Shown here piece after piece: positions 23,946 through 35,979 of a stretch of DNA of 64,000 nt; positions within the stretch are counted from its first letter, which is position 1, and each line of letters starts with the position of its first letter. The stretch spans positions 18,135,325-18,199,324 of the forward strand of contig NC_057751.1 in NCBI RefSeq assembly GCF_004010195.1. Reading direction: 5' to 3'. Under the pieces are notes generated by a model. That model searched no databases and was not told the DNA's origin. It saw only the letters and a program-made list of their open reading frames with translations. The translations under genes were made by a program, and so were the position numbers. The DNA comes from Chiloscyllium plagiosum (Eukaryota).

Positions 23946-25455
23946 AAAAGAATGACTAGGGTAGGAATAGGTCCAAAAGAATGACTAGGGTAGGAATAGG
24001 TCCAGTCAAGGATAGTAGTGGGAAGTTGCGTGTGGAGGCGGAAGAGATTGGGGAGACACTGAATGAATACTTTTCTTCAGTATTTACTCAGGAACAGGGC
24101 ATTGTCGTCGATGTGAATACTGAGTCACAAATAAGTAGAATGGATGGCTTTGAGGTATGTAGAGAAGAGGTGTTGGAAATCCTGGAAAAGGTGAAAATAG
24201 ATAAGTCCCCTGGGCCTGATGGCATTTATCCTAGGATTCTCTGGGAAGCAAGGGAGGAGATTGCAGAGCCATTGGCCTTGATCTTTATGNNNNNNNNNNN
24301 NNNNNNNNNNNNNNNNNNNNNNNNNNNNNNNNNNNNNNNNNNNNNNNNNNNNNNNNNNNNNNNNNNNNNNNNNNNNNNNNNNNNNNNNNNNNNNNNNNNN
24401 NNNNNNNNNNNNNNNNNNNNNNNNNNNNNNNNNNNNNNNNNNNNNNNNNNNNNNNNNNNNNNNNNNNNNNNNNNNNNNNNNNNNNNNNNNNNNNNNNNNN
24501 NNNNNNNNNNNNNNNNNNNNNNNNNNNNNNNNNNNNNNNNNNNNNNNNNNNNNNNNNNNNNNNNNNNNNNNNNNNNNNNNNNNNNNNNNNNNNNNNNNNN
24601 NNNNNNNNNNNNNNNNNNNNNNNNNNNNNNNNNNNNNNNNNNNNNNNNNNNNNNNNNNNNNNNNNNNNNNNNNNNNNNNNNNNNNNNNNNNNNNNNNNNN
24701 NNNNNNNNNNNNNNNNNNNNNNNNNNNNNNNNNNNNNNNNNNNNNNNNNNNNNNNNNNNNNNNNNNNNNNNNNNNNNNNNNNNNNNNNNNNNNNNNNNNN
24801 NNNNNNNNNNNNNNNNNNNNNNNNNNNNNNNNNNNNNNNNNNNNNNNNNNNNNNNNNNNNNNNNNNNNNNNNNNNNNNNNNNNNNNNNNNNNNNNNNNNN
24901 NNNNNNNNNNNNNNNNNNNNNNNNNNNNNNNNNNNNNNNNNNNNNNNNNNNNNNNNNNNNNNNNNNNNNNNNNNNNNNNNNNNNNNNNNNNNNNNNNNNN
25001 NNNNNNNNNNNNNNNNNNNNNNNNNNNNNNNNNNNNNNNNNNNNNNNNNNNNNNNNNNNNNNNNNNNNNNNNNNNNNNNNNNNNNNNNNNNNNNNNNNNN
25101 NNNNNNNNNNNNNNNNNNNNNNNNNNNNNNNNNNNNNNNNNNNNNNNNNNNNNNNNNNNNNNNNNNNNNNNNNNNNNNNNNNNNNNNNNNNNNNNNNNNN
25201 NNNNNNNNNNNNNNNGGGGTTGATATAGGACTGAAGTTAGGGGTAGGTTCTTCACTCAGCGAGTCGTAAGTTCATGGAATGCCCTGCCAGTAGCAGTGGT
25301 GGACTCTCCCTCTTTATGGGCATTTAAGCGGGCATTGGATAGGTATATGGAGGATAGTGGGTTAGTATAGGTTAGGTGGGCTTGGATCGGCGCAACATCG
25401 AGGGCCAAAGGGCCTGTACTGCGCTGTATTCATCTATGTTCATCTATGTTCTATG
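23946..25455 (+). mobile_element. Young 5'-truncated CR1 LINE nested in the older CR1 and spanning the assembly gap
   Basis: Open frame MTRVGIGPVKDSSGKL..LNEYFSSVFT..DKSPGPDGIYPRILWEAREEIAEPLALIF before the gap. A clean 3' end with a tatgttc-type tail follows the gap. Confidence 0.85.
24290..25216. other. Assembly gap (927 N)
   Basis: Run of N. Confidence 1.
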
Positions 25456-25700
25456 ATATTGGACAGATATCAGCGGTACTTTTTTTAAAATTCCGAAAGT
25501 AGTAGGGGCGTGGAATGCACTGACTTAAACAACAGTAGCATCGCCAACGCTAAGCCCATTTAAATCGTTACTTGATAAACATATTAGTAAAAATGGAATT
25601 GTTTTGGATCGATGGACTTTAGATTGGTTTTACAGATCGACGCAACATCGAAAGCCGAAGGGTCTGTACTGCGCTGCAGAACTTATGTTCTCTGTTCTTC
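25456..25700 (+). mobile_element. 3' end of the older CR1 interrupted at 23945
   Basis: ggacagatatcag...tggaatgcactg...gccgaagggtctgtactgcgctg...tatgttctctgttc continues the CR1 3' region from the point of interruption. Confidence 0.8.
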
Positions 25701-25826
25701 TTATTCCAGAGCTTTCCATTTCATATGAGTCGTTAATACCACTTTCACATTACATTGTTTCGTTTAAGGGTCCTCTGTTCCCTGTGCAGCTCACATTTTG
25801 CTTGGTCGAGTTTTTTGATGAATTCT

Positions 25827-26689
25827 TCACGCAAAAATAGCTTCTAATGGGTTCCTGAGCTTCTCTCTGAACTTGGCGAGAGTGGCTACATAAACAATCG
25901 TGTTAGTGCAGCAGTTCAAATTCCGTAACATATATGCAACATGTTTAAATGCATACTTGCCATCGTTATCCAAAGGATCATCAACACCAAAATAATACAA
26001 AAGATACCATAACCACAGAAAAATGAAGGAGCCAGATATCGCAAAGAGTAAAATGACAGACTGCTTTCGATTCTCCATCTCTGGGTCTCTGTGATTTTCT
26101 CCCTTACTCTGACCCTTCAGACCCTTCCGGACTTGACTGGCCACGAATATGTGTTTCACTGTCAGTGCGTTGAGGCACAGAATTAATGCAAATGGGATGA
26201 TTGGAGTTAAAATCTTCTCAAATCTTTTAAAACTAATCCACACAGGGTCATAATAATATGCATAAGAATTAAAACAGCCCCATGGTACGTCGCCTATAAT
26301 CATTGATGGCCGGAATCTGAAGTAGATAGGAATGTTTTTCAAACATAACAGGATTCCAGTTATTGCCAAAACCACAGTTGCCGTTTTTTTAGTACAGAAT
26401 TTAGTTTTCAACTTCTCACAACAAATTGTGACATGTCGATCCAGAGTGAAAACAATCGTAAACCAGACAGAACAGTCTATAATTGCACGGCGCAGGACAT
26501 AGCGAACACTGCAAACAGGAGTGATGTCCAGGAACGATTGTGGGAAATAATCATTTTTGATTTTGCTGAGTATGATCTCAAAGATGACGAATAATAGATC
26601 CACCGTTGACATGGCCATCAGATAACGTGTGGTGCACGCCGAGAGCCCACACTTTCCACGGAAAAATATAGCAATCGTCACTAAATTGA
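25827..26689 (-). CDS. GPR139/GPR142-like orphan class A GPCR, exon 2 (end of TM1 to C-terminus)
   Basis: Uninterrupted frame (V)NLVTIAIFFRGKCGLSACTTRYLMAMSTVDLL..CSVWFTIVFTLDRHVTICC..LTPIIPFALILCLNALTV..DPEMENRKQSVILLFAISGSF..LNCCTNTIVY..KFREKL. Polypyrimidine acceptor ttttctgcctccctcttgcag. Confidence 0.92.
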
Positions 26690-27532
26690 CTGCAAGAGGG
26701 AGGCAGAAAAAAAAAACAAGTCACAGCGAAATCGTAACAGTTTCTGTTACTGAGGCAAGGCGGTAATATTTAGATATATTACCATAAAATGTGACAGTAG
26801 CATTGAATAACATATTTATAATCTTAATCCTGTGACCCACATGCCTCCAACATTCAAGTCCCTCGATTAAATATATGTGGCACGTGAGTATGCATCATGC
26901 TTTTTTTCTTGCAATTGGCAAGTGGAACAGTGTATATTTGAATGAGGAAGGCTTCCTGACGGATTCAGCCCCATCCCAGAAAAAGGGACGTATCTTTCCT
27001 GATATTGTATTACTCCCCAGAAAATGAGATCATTCCGTGCCACTCAGAACTCTCCTCCATGTAGCAGACCTTCGTTATTCTTAGAAAAATCCATTTTTAT
27101 TGGCACGTCAAAGACGACGCATTCGAATTAAAGCATAGGTTTAATGGAACTTTTTCAGCTCAATGAAGCATTTTAGGACCACTTCATTTGGACAACTGAA
27201 ATGACACAATATGTATTACTACAGTTTTGAGGCACTGTTTTCTGTCACGTTTCCAACATTTCAAGACATGTGGAGGAATTGGTGTATTATGGACCGCGTG
27301 ATATGCTGAGAAATTGGGAACGATGTAAAACATGCAAGTGGTTACAACAGTATCATTAAGGAAAGGAAATATGTATGGCTGACCAACTACTGCCTTTTCA
27401 AATTGCAATTATATTTTATGGAAAACCTCACTAACACATTTTCACTTGTGATTGTGTTCAAATCCAAATTCAGAAATAGAAGATAGCAGCAAATAGATGC
27501 TGTCACCGATGGGACGATGAGCATTTGCTATA

Positions 27533-30500
27533 TAGAACAGAGGACATTACAGCGCAGTGGCACTATTCCACTTCCATTCATATGTTTATCGAAGAATCAT
27601 TTAAATGCCCTAACTGATGGCGAGTCTACTTCAGTTACAGGCATTGCTTTCCACTCCCCAACATGCTCTGATTAAAGACACTACCTCTGACATCTGTCCA
27701 ATATGTATCGCGCCTCAATTTGAAGCATTGCTCCCTCGTGCTACTCGTCACCATCCGAGGATTAAAAGGCTATTACTATCCAACCTGTGTGATCTTCTGA
27801 TTCTCCTGAAATCCCAACGACGATCATGTCATCCGCTAATTTACTAAAGGATGTTTCTACGTCCTCATCCAGGTCACTTATGCAAATGATAAACAGCAGT
27901 GGCCTCAAAACAGATCCTTGCGGTGCATGACTAGTAACTGAACTCTCGGATGAACATTTCCATTAACCAAAATCTTCTGTCTTCTTTCAACGTGCCAATT
28001 TCTGATCCGAACTGCTGAATCACCTCAATTCCATGCCTTCGTATTTTGTGCAATTACCTACGGTGCATGCCATACAAAAATTCAAATACACCACCTATAC
28101 CTCTTTACGCTCATCTACCAGTTTGGTCATCATCTCAACGAACTCAGTAAGGTTTTTAAGGCACAAACTATTCTTCACAAAACTGCGTTGACTACCCCCA
28201 GTCAAACTATTCGTTTCTCGATCATTATATGTTCTATCTTTCATAACCTTTTTCAACACACTACCCTCAGCAGATGTAAGGTTCACTGGTCTATAGTTAC
28301 CAGAGTTGTCTCTACTCCCCTTCTTGAACTAGGGAACAACATCTGCTATTTTCAGTCTCCTGGCACTATTCCTATCGAAAATGATGACATTAAGATCAAA
28401 GCCAAAGTCTCGACAATTTCCTCCCTGGCTTCCCAGAGAATCCGAGGATAAATCTCATCCGAACCAAAGGACTTTCCATTTTCACAATTTCCAGAATTTG
28501 CTGACAGCTCCTCATTGTCATACTCAATCCTGATCAGTCTAGTAGCCTGTATCTCCGTATTCTCCTGGACAACATTGTTTTTTGCCAGTGTGAATACTGA
28601 CGAAAAAAATCACTTTTAAGACTCGCCTATCCCCTTGGACACCACGCAAAACATACTACTCTTGTCCTTGATTGGCTCTAGACTTACCCTCGTCAATCTT
28701 TTATTCATGATAAACCTTTTGAAAGATATATTTTATTTGATCCTGTCTGCCAACGACTTCTCCTGTACCCTCCTGGCTCTTCTTAGTTCTGTTTCAGGTC
28801 TTTCCAAGCTAGCTTGTAACTCTCAAGGGCCGTAACTAGCCTTCACAAGTCATCCAACATAAGCCTCCTTCTACTTTTGACAAGAGATTCAACTTCTTTA
28901 GTAAACCACTGCTCCCTCACCCGACTACTTCATCTGTGACGGACAGCTTCATATTATCAAGGGCACATAGTAGCTGTTCCTTGAATAACCTCCTCGTTTC
29001 AATTGTACCCATACCCTGCAATTTACTTCCCCATGCTTTACAAACTAAATAGAACCTAATTCCTTTGTAATTGCCGCTCTCCCAGCAATCACTCTCTTGC
29101 TCTGCATCATTAACCTATCCCTTTCCATCGCTGAAGTGAACATAAGCGAGTTGCAGTCACTACCACCGATGTGCTCACCTAACTCCAAATCTCACAGTTG
29201 GCCGCGTTAATCAGCCACTACCACATCCAGTGTGGAGTCGCCGCTGTTTAGCCTGTCGGCATGCTGTGTAAGGAAAGCATCCTGCACACATTGGACAAAG
29301 ACTGACGCATGAAAAAACTGGAATCTCAGCTTTTCTAGGCAATATTTGGAAAGACAAATATCCCCACAATAACACTGGCACTCACGCACCTATCAAGAAT
29401 TACATTTGCACTACCCACTACATCGCTGGAGCTATTCCGAGGTCGATGCAAAACTCCCAAAAAGTTGGCCTCTCCTTTCCTATTTCTCACCTCAGCCTAT
29501 ACTGCCTCAATAGATGAGTTTCAAATGTTGTTTCCCCTACCGTAAAACCGTTCTTCTCTAAAAATGCCACATCTTCCCCTCTTTTAGCATCCTATCTGTT
29601 CTTACTGAGACATCGCAATCCAGGAACCTGCAACAACCGTCCCCGTCCCTGCTCTACCTATGTCTATGAATTGGCCAGAACATCAAAGTCCCAGATACCA
29701 ACCCATGCGGCAAGCTCAACCACCTTATCCCGGCGTTGAACTGGACACACTTTCAACTAACTTTCTGTGCAGTTGCGACTTTGAAATTTTTTTATGGCCC
29801 CACTACTCACAACCTCCTGGATGCTAAGGCTATAATTTAGGTTCCCATCCCCCTGCTGATTTTGTTGAAACCTTCCCAAACAGCATTAACAAATCAATCT
29901 CCCCCATCTCCCGCACAGGGTAATGGTCCTCTTCGGGTTCAGCTGTAGATCATCCTGGTTGTAGAGGTCCGAACTACGCCAGAATGAACCTTAATCATCC
30001 AGGCATCCGAAACCCTCCCTCTTGCACCATCCCTGTCGCCAAGTGTTCAATTCATCCCTCTCCATATTTCTGGCTTAGGCACGGGCAACAAATGAGCGAT
30101 GAAACCTTTGTCCTAGCTCTAAGCATCCACCCTAACTCCGTGGATATCTGCCTTAAATCCCTATTTCTTTTGGTACGTTTGTAATTAGTGATTTTGGAAA
30201 ATACGACTTGGGACTGCTCTCCCTTACTTTAAGGATCCTGGAGTCACAATCCGAAACATGACAAACCCAGGCACCTGAGAGGTAACACACTAGCTGTGAG
30301 TTTCTCTCATTCCCACAAAACCTTTTATATATGCTCCGAAATATGAAGTCCCCAATGACTCATGTTCTGCTCCTCTCTCTGCGTCCCTTCTGAGCAACAG
30401 TAACAGACTCTGTGCCAGAGACATGTACCAATGGCTTAACTCCGGTACGTCGAAAACCGCTCCCCCCACCCCCACCCCCACAGCAGCATCCAAAACTGCA

Positions 30501-31300
30501 TACTCCTTATTGAGGGGAACAACCACATTGACGGTAACACGTCTTTCTTTTTTCTTGCACCTGAGGTCTGTCTTCCTCCCTGTTTCCCCTCTCAATAATC
30601 CCATCTCCCTTCTGAATGGTGCTAATTTGATCCAGCTGTAGCTCCAGTTCCTTAACACGGCTTTCGATGAGCTAGCATGGGGTGCATTGTACACAGATGA
30701 ATTCAAAATAGCTGAGTGGTGACCCTTACATTCTACATTTTGAAGAGTAACTTTCAACTGCCTAACCACCATTCCCACTATTCTAAATTACGAAACAAAC
30801 TTTTGAAAAATGAAGCATAATTCAAAGACATGTTGCTTTACCAATCCAGTGCATAGAGTTTTTTTTTTGGTTTGTGAAGGAGGATGGGCCTGAGTCGCTA
30901 CCTAAGTAGTGTTTGCTATAACGTAACTGATCAAGTATATTACTTCACTTATTCAGCATTCGCATGCTCACTCATGCTCAGCGTGTGCTCCGGCTATTCA
31001 CGAGGTCCGTTTTTAAAGCAGTGATTAACTTCCCAGCAGTCTCTCTCCCTCTCTCCTCACTACTCCCAAAAGGTGGAGGCCTGAGTCTCAAGATAAATCC
31101 CTTTTAAGTGGATAACTTACCTCTCAGTATGTCCGTTCGTTTCTGCCTCTCTCCTCGCTGATCCTGAGAAATGGAGGCCTGACTCTCGAGAAAAGTCCCT
31201 TTTAAGTTGGTAACTTAATTCTCGGCATCCCCGCACCCTCTCCCTGTCTCCTCGCTGCCCCCCAAAATATGGCTAAGAATGTGGATCAGTCGACCGTGTG
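27533..31300 (-). mobile_element. Near full-length, internally deleted CR1 LINE (intronic)
   Basis: 3' tail at ~27535, RT and endonuclease remnants at 27850-29760, ORF1 remnant VVVPLNKEYAVLD at ~30500, and 5' UTR at ~30800-31300. Confidence 0.85.
31005..31275. repeat. ~95-bp tandem repeats (about 3 copies) in the CR1 5' UTR
   Basis: Recurring ttttaag..taactta..ctctcctcgctg..tggaggcctga.tctc blocks. Confidence 0.75.
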
Positions 31301-31631
31301 GAGTAGGGAAAATAAAATAGTTCTGAAATCAGGTAAGCTTTGTTCATGTGAAAGATGGTATTTCAAGTCTTTTTCATAAGGCTTAAAGAGCTGGGACAGA
31401 AGTGGGCTCTTTTAAGCAAAGACAGGGTCTTATCCTAATTTGTTCAAATGCTGTAAAAGTATTTTACGGCACTTAGGTCGAAGTAATGACAGTTGGTCTT
31501 ATTTTATACTCAGTGAACGTCTCCCCCGATAGCACAAATAATTTCACGGTTATGCTCAGGGAAGGATTTGATTCAGTTCTTGGCCATATTTAATATCACA
31601 TTGTTTGAAGTGAGATTAATGCGATGCCACA

Positions 31632-32265
31632 CATAGAGTCACAGAGTCATCGAGATGTACAGCATAAAAATATACCCTTCGGTCCAATCCATGCATGCCG
31701 ACCAGCTTTCCCAAACTATTCTCGTCCTACCTACCAGCACCTTGCCCGTAACCCTCCAAACCTATTTCTATTCATGTCCAATCCAAATGCCTTTTAAATG
31801 TTGCAGTTGTACCAGTCTCCACCACTTCCTCTGGTAGCTCATTCCGTAGACCTACCATCCTCTGTGTGAAAATGTTGCTCCGGAGGTCTCTATTATACCT
31901 TTCCCCTTCTCACCCTAATGTTCTCTAGTTCTGGACTCCACAACCCCAGGGAAAATACTTTGCTTATTTTTCCTATCTATACACCTCATAATTTTGTAAA
32001 CCTTTATCCGGTCACCCCTCAGCCTCTGACGCTCCAGGGAAAACAGCCCCAGCTCGCTCAGCCTCTCCTTATATCTCAAATCCTCCAACCCTGGCAACAT
32101 CCTTATAAATCTTTTCTGAACCCTTGCAAATTTCACAACGTCTTTCTGATAGGAAGGAGAACAGCATTGCAAGCAATATTCCAACTGTGGCCTAACCAAT
32201 GATCTATCCAGCTGCAACGTGACCTCCCAATTCCTGTACTCAATACTCTGACCAATAAATGAAAT
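31632..32265 (-). mobile_element. CR1/HER1 LINE 3' fragment
   Basis: ORF 31915-32217 reads LVRPQLEYCLQ..RVQKRFIRMLPGLE..LFSLERQRLRGD. Confidence 0.92.
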
Positions 32266-32539
32266 TCGATGTATGTGTTCAGTTACGCACCCAGCTTCAG
32301 GACAATTCCAGATTTAGAGAAGCACAGAATCATACAGTACGATTGGAGTCTTTGACTAATTGACTCACTGCAGCCAAAAATAAAAGAAAAATGATATAAA
32401 TTTTGGATAGGCAAATCAGAGCAAGGCTTATATAATTAACAGTGGCATTTATGAGAGAGGCGCTGAGCATAGAGTGCTTGGAGTGCGCATTAAGTGTTAA
32501 TGAAAGTGGAGTTCCAGCTGGACAGAATAGTGAAGAAGG

Positions 32540-33170
32540 CACTTGTTCTGCTTGATTTTACTGGTCAGTACATTAAGTGTAGGATTTAGGAGGTCTTGTT
32601 GCAACAGTACAGGGCTTTGCTTGGGCGTCTTTTGGAATACTGCATGCAATTCTCATCTCGTTGCTATTGAAAGGATGATGCGAAGCGTAAAAGGTGTCAG
32701 AGAAGATTTACAAGGATGTTCCTGGGGTTCTAGAGTTCGAGCTGGAGGGAGTGGCTGAATTAACTTGGGCTATTTTCCCTGATGTGTTGGAAGCTGAGCA
32801 GTGAAGTTTTAGGGATTTATAAAATCAAGACAGACAAGCATAAGTTGAATAGTCAATGCCTTTTTCCTGAGTCTGGGAAACCTAAATTGCTGGGCATAGG
32901 CTTACGGTGAGGGGGGAATTAATTAAAACAGACTTAAGGGGCAAAGTTTTCAGGCAGATGATGGCACCTGTATAAATGATTTGCCAGAAAAAGTGGTTGA
33001 CGCTGGTACAATTGGAGCATTTAAAATGCATCTCGTTGGATATATGATTAAGAATGATTTGCAGGAATTTGGGCCAAATGGTGGCCCATATTTAGTTTGG
33101 ATATCTGGTCGCCATGGACGAATTGGATCGAAGGGTTTGTTTCCAACCTATACATTTCTGTGGCTCTAAT
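32540..33170 (+). mobile_element. CR1/HER1 LINE 3' fragment, older
   Basis: Degenerate 3' ORF2 (PEKVVDAGTIGAFKMHL) and tail. Confidence 0.82.
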
Positions 33171-34019
33171 TCCACCTTTTAGCACTGTGCCCACAGTGTT
33201 AAACATAACAAGACATCAAATGTTATTCCAAAAACTTTCGAAGGTTTCTGGGGTTTTCCACGACAATTGGTCTCTGAGATAGCCACCATCTACTGGGAAC
33301 ATGACGATCCTTGAATCTATTCGAAACCTGCTACTTTTCTCTTTTAATCGTTCTTGCAAATTGTGATTGATTATTCAATGGATTGTTACAACTGCGATCA
33401 ACACAGGGGTCATAGCGATGCTCCTTAAAGTAGTTATCACCTCGAAGAATTTCTGAATTGCTCAAAAATGGCATGCTTATTCTTATTATCTATGGCATGA
33501 CTGGTGAAGTCAAGAGTCCCACATGTCTTCTTAACTACTTTATGCGTTTTCTGACCATCACGTCAGATCTTTGGTCAAGTCCACCAAGATCCCTCTGTCA
33601 CTGTGCTACTGTGATTGTATTGCCATTTATACACTACTCCCTTTATCTTGCTCAATCTGTCGTCCGTTTTGCGTTAATATGCTCATCTGAATGAATAATT
33701 AATAACTTGCTGAATCAAAACATCTTCCTCTGCACTGTCAACAAACAGGCCAATCTATATCCCGCCGACACATTGTCATGAGCAGCATTTGCGAAATCAC
33801 AAACAATGAGGATTCAGCTCTGATCCCTGTGGTACACCATTTCACACTGGGCTCTTGAAATGAATGCGGTTATGGGGTAAAATAGAACATTACCATTTGT
33901 TAGACACACTCTTTTGTTCCCAAATGACGTTAGATTCCCGAATTAAACCTGCCTTGGTAGGCGACATATTTTATTAATCAGTTGATTGTAATAAAGGTCA
34001 GTCACTGGACATGTTCACG

Positions 34020-34995
34020 ATAGTCTGTCAATGTAATTGCTGGGTCCATTTCTTTTTGTAATCTATATAAATGATTAGAATATAAATGTAGGAGTCATAA
34101 TTTGTAAGTTTATAGATGACATCAAAATTGGCGGTGCAGTGGACAAGAGAGACCGTTACTGCCGAGTACACTGGGACCTTGATCAGATGGCGCAGTGGAC
34201 TTATACATGGCAGCTGGAGTTTAATTTATAAAAATGTTGGTCCTGGAGTTTGGTAACGCAAAACAGGGCAGGTTTATACACTTAATGGGAGGGGCCTGGA
34301 GAGTGTTGATGAACAAAGAGACCTTGGGGTGCAGACTTATGGTTCTTTGAAAGTGGACTCCAGGGTACACAAAGTAGTGAAGAAGGCATTTCATACCCTT
34401 GACATTATTGATCACCGTGTTGTTTTTGATGTTCGGAGGCCATGTTACATCTGTACCGGACATTGGCGAGGCCGCTTTTAGAATATTGCATACAACCCCA
34501 GATTCCCTCCAATCTGAAAGGTATTGAGAATTTTGAAAGGATTGAGAGAACATTTACAAGGCTTGGAGAGTCTGTACTATAGGGAGAGGCTTAATAGGTT
34601 TGGGCTTTTTTTCCCTGGTGCGTCGGAAGATGACGGGTGAAATTGTCGAATTTTATAAAATCATTAGGGCATGGTTACAGTGAATAGTCAGGGTCTTTTT
34701 CCGAGGATATGGGAGTCTTAACTTAGAGTGCATAGGTGTAATGTCAGAGGGGAAAGATTTAAAAGCGACCAGAGGGACAACTTATTTTACTCAGAGACTG
34801 GTGCCTGCATGAAATGAGCTGCCAGAGAAAGGGGTGGAGGCTGGGAAAATTAAAACACTTGAAAGGCATCTGGATGGGAACAGACGAATATGGGACAATC
34901 GCTGGCACATGGGCCTAGATTAATGCAGAATATCTGGTAAGTGTGGACGATTTGAATCAAAGGGTCTGTTTCTGCGCTGTACAGCTCGATGATTC
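34020..34995 (+). mobile_element. CR1 LINE RT and 3' end fragment
   Basis: KFIDDIKIGG (FADDTKIGG) at ~34105 running through the 3' tail. Confidence 0.88.
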
Positions 34996-35576
34996 TTCGT
35001 TTTCAATGAAACAAATTATATGCTAATACCTTCTTTTCATGTAATTTGTATTCTAATGGTGTGGCAAGAATGAAGTTTTTAAATAAAACATCTTGGTGAG
35101 CCAATCAGTTCATACCTGGAACACAGTACAGTACCACTTGTCTCTTAATAAATACAAAATCTCTGTCATATAGTTCTGAGAATGGTAGGTCTGACCGTGG
35201 CCATAACAAATTGTGGGATCGTCTGTGATCAAGATGCCTACTTGCAGTTTTAGGTTTAGAATTATTGAATGATTCAATTGAAGTGCGGGGTGAGTGACTT
35301 TTTTGTGGATGTGACATTCATTATTGTAGGCTGGTACTGCCTTGTGTAGTAAAGTCCCTTTCAGTGCCTAAGGGTTTCCAATGCATGACTTATGGAATAA
35401 GTCACTTGCAGTGAATGACAGAAGATCAGCAATGGAACGTTTTCGAAATTGACAGACACGATGCATTTGTTGTTACTTACGTCGATGAGGAAATAGGAGC
35501 TTATTTCAGTGACACTCAGGATTTACAGCTGGAAATACCTTGAAAGAGGCTTTGCAGAAAGGCTATGAACAACGAG

Positions 35577-35979
35577 GAGAAAATGAGGACTGCAGATGCT
35601 GGAGATCAGAATCAAGAAGTGTGGCATTAGAAAAGCACAGCCGGTCAGACAGCATTCAATGAGCAAGAGAGTCAACGTTTCTAGCATAAGCTTTTCATCA
35701 GGAATTAATCGTCCGAGGATGCCAAGGTTTTCCCTATCCCTCTAAAAGCAATTCAGTGAGTCTCTCTCTTACTGACCCCAGACCCAGCCCCTACCATTTA
35801 TCTTTCAGCCCCCTTCTGCACACCCGTTCTCCCCACACACACCCTCCCACATTCCTGTTCAAAAGCCAAAACTCGAAACGACGTCTCTTCTGCTCCTCGG
35901 ACGCTGCCTGAAGAGCTTTGCTTTCTCTGCACCACCTTTTTTGACTCGGATATCCAGCATCTGCAGTCTTCACTTTCTC
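35577..35979. mobile_element. Penelope-like element remnant with ~130-bp inverted terminal repeats
   Basis: gagaaaatgaggactgcagatgctgga ... tccagcatctgcagtcttcactttctc pair at 25/27 terminal positions. Hammerhead-like core CTGATGA-aaagcttatgcta-GAAAC on the minus strand at 35677-35701. Confidence 0.75.

Noticed and set aside
23981..25255. Longest ORFs in the track (415 and 376 aa)
   Set aside because: They consist mostly of N-gap. The real part is CR1 ORF2.
31632..33170. Opposed CR1 3' ends resembling one element with terminal inverted repeats or a twin-primed insertion
   Set aside because: Both cover the same 3' region and differ visibly in decay. Independent insertions are the simpler explanation. 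The same applies to 5150-6300.
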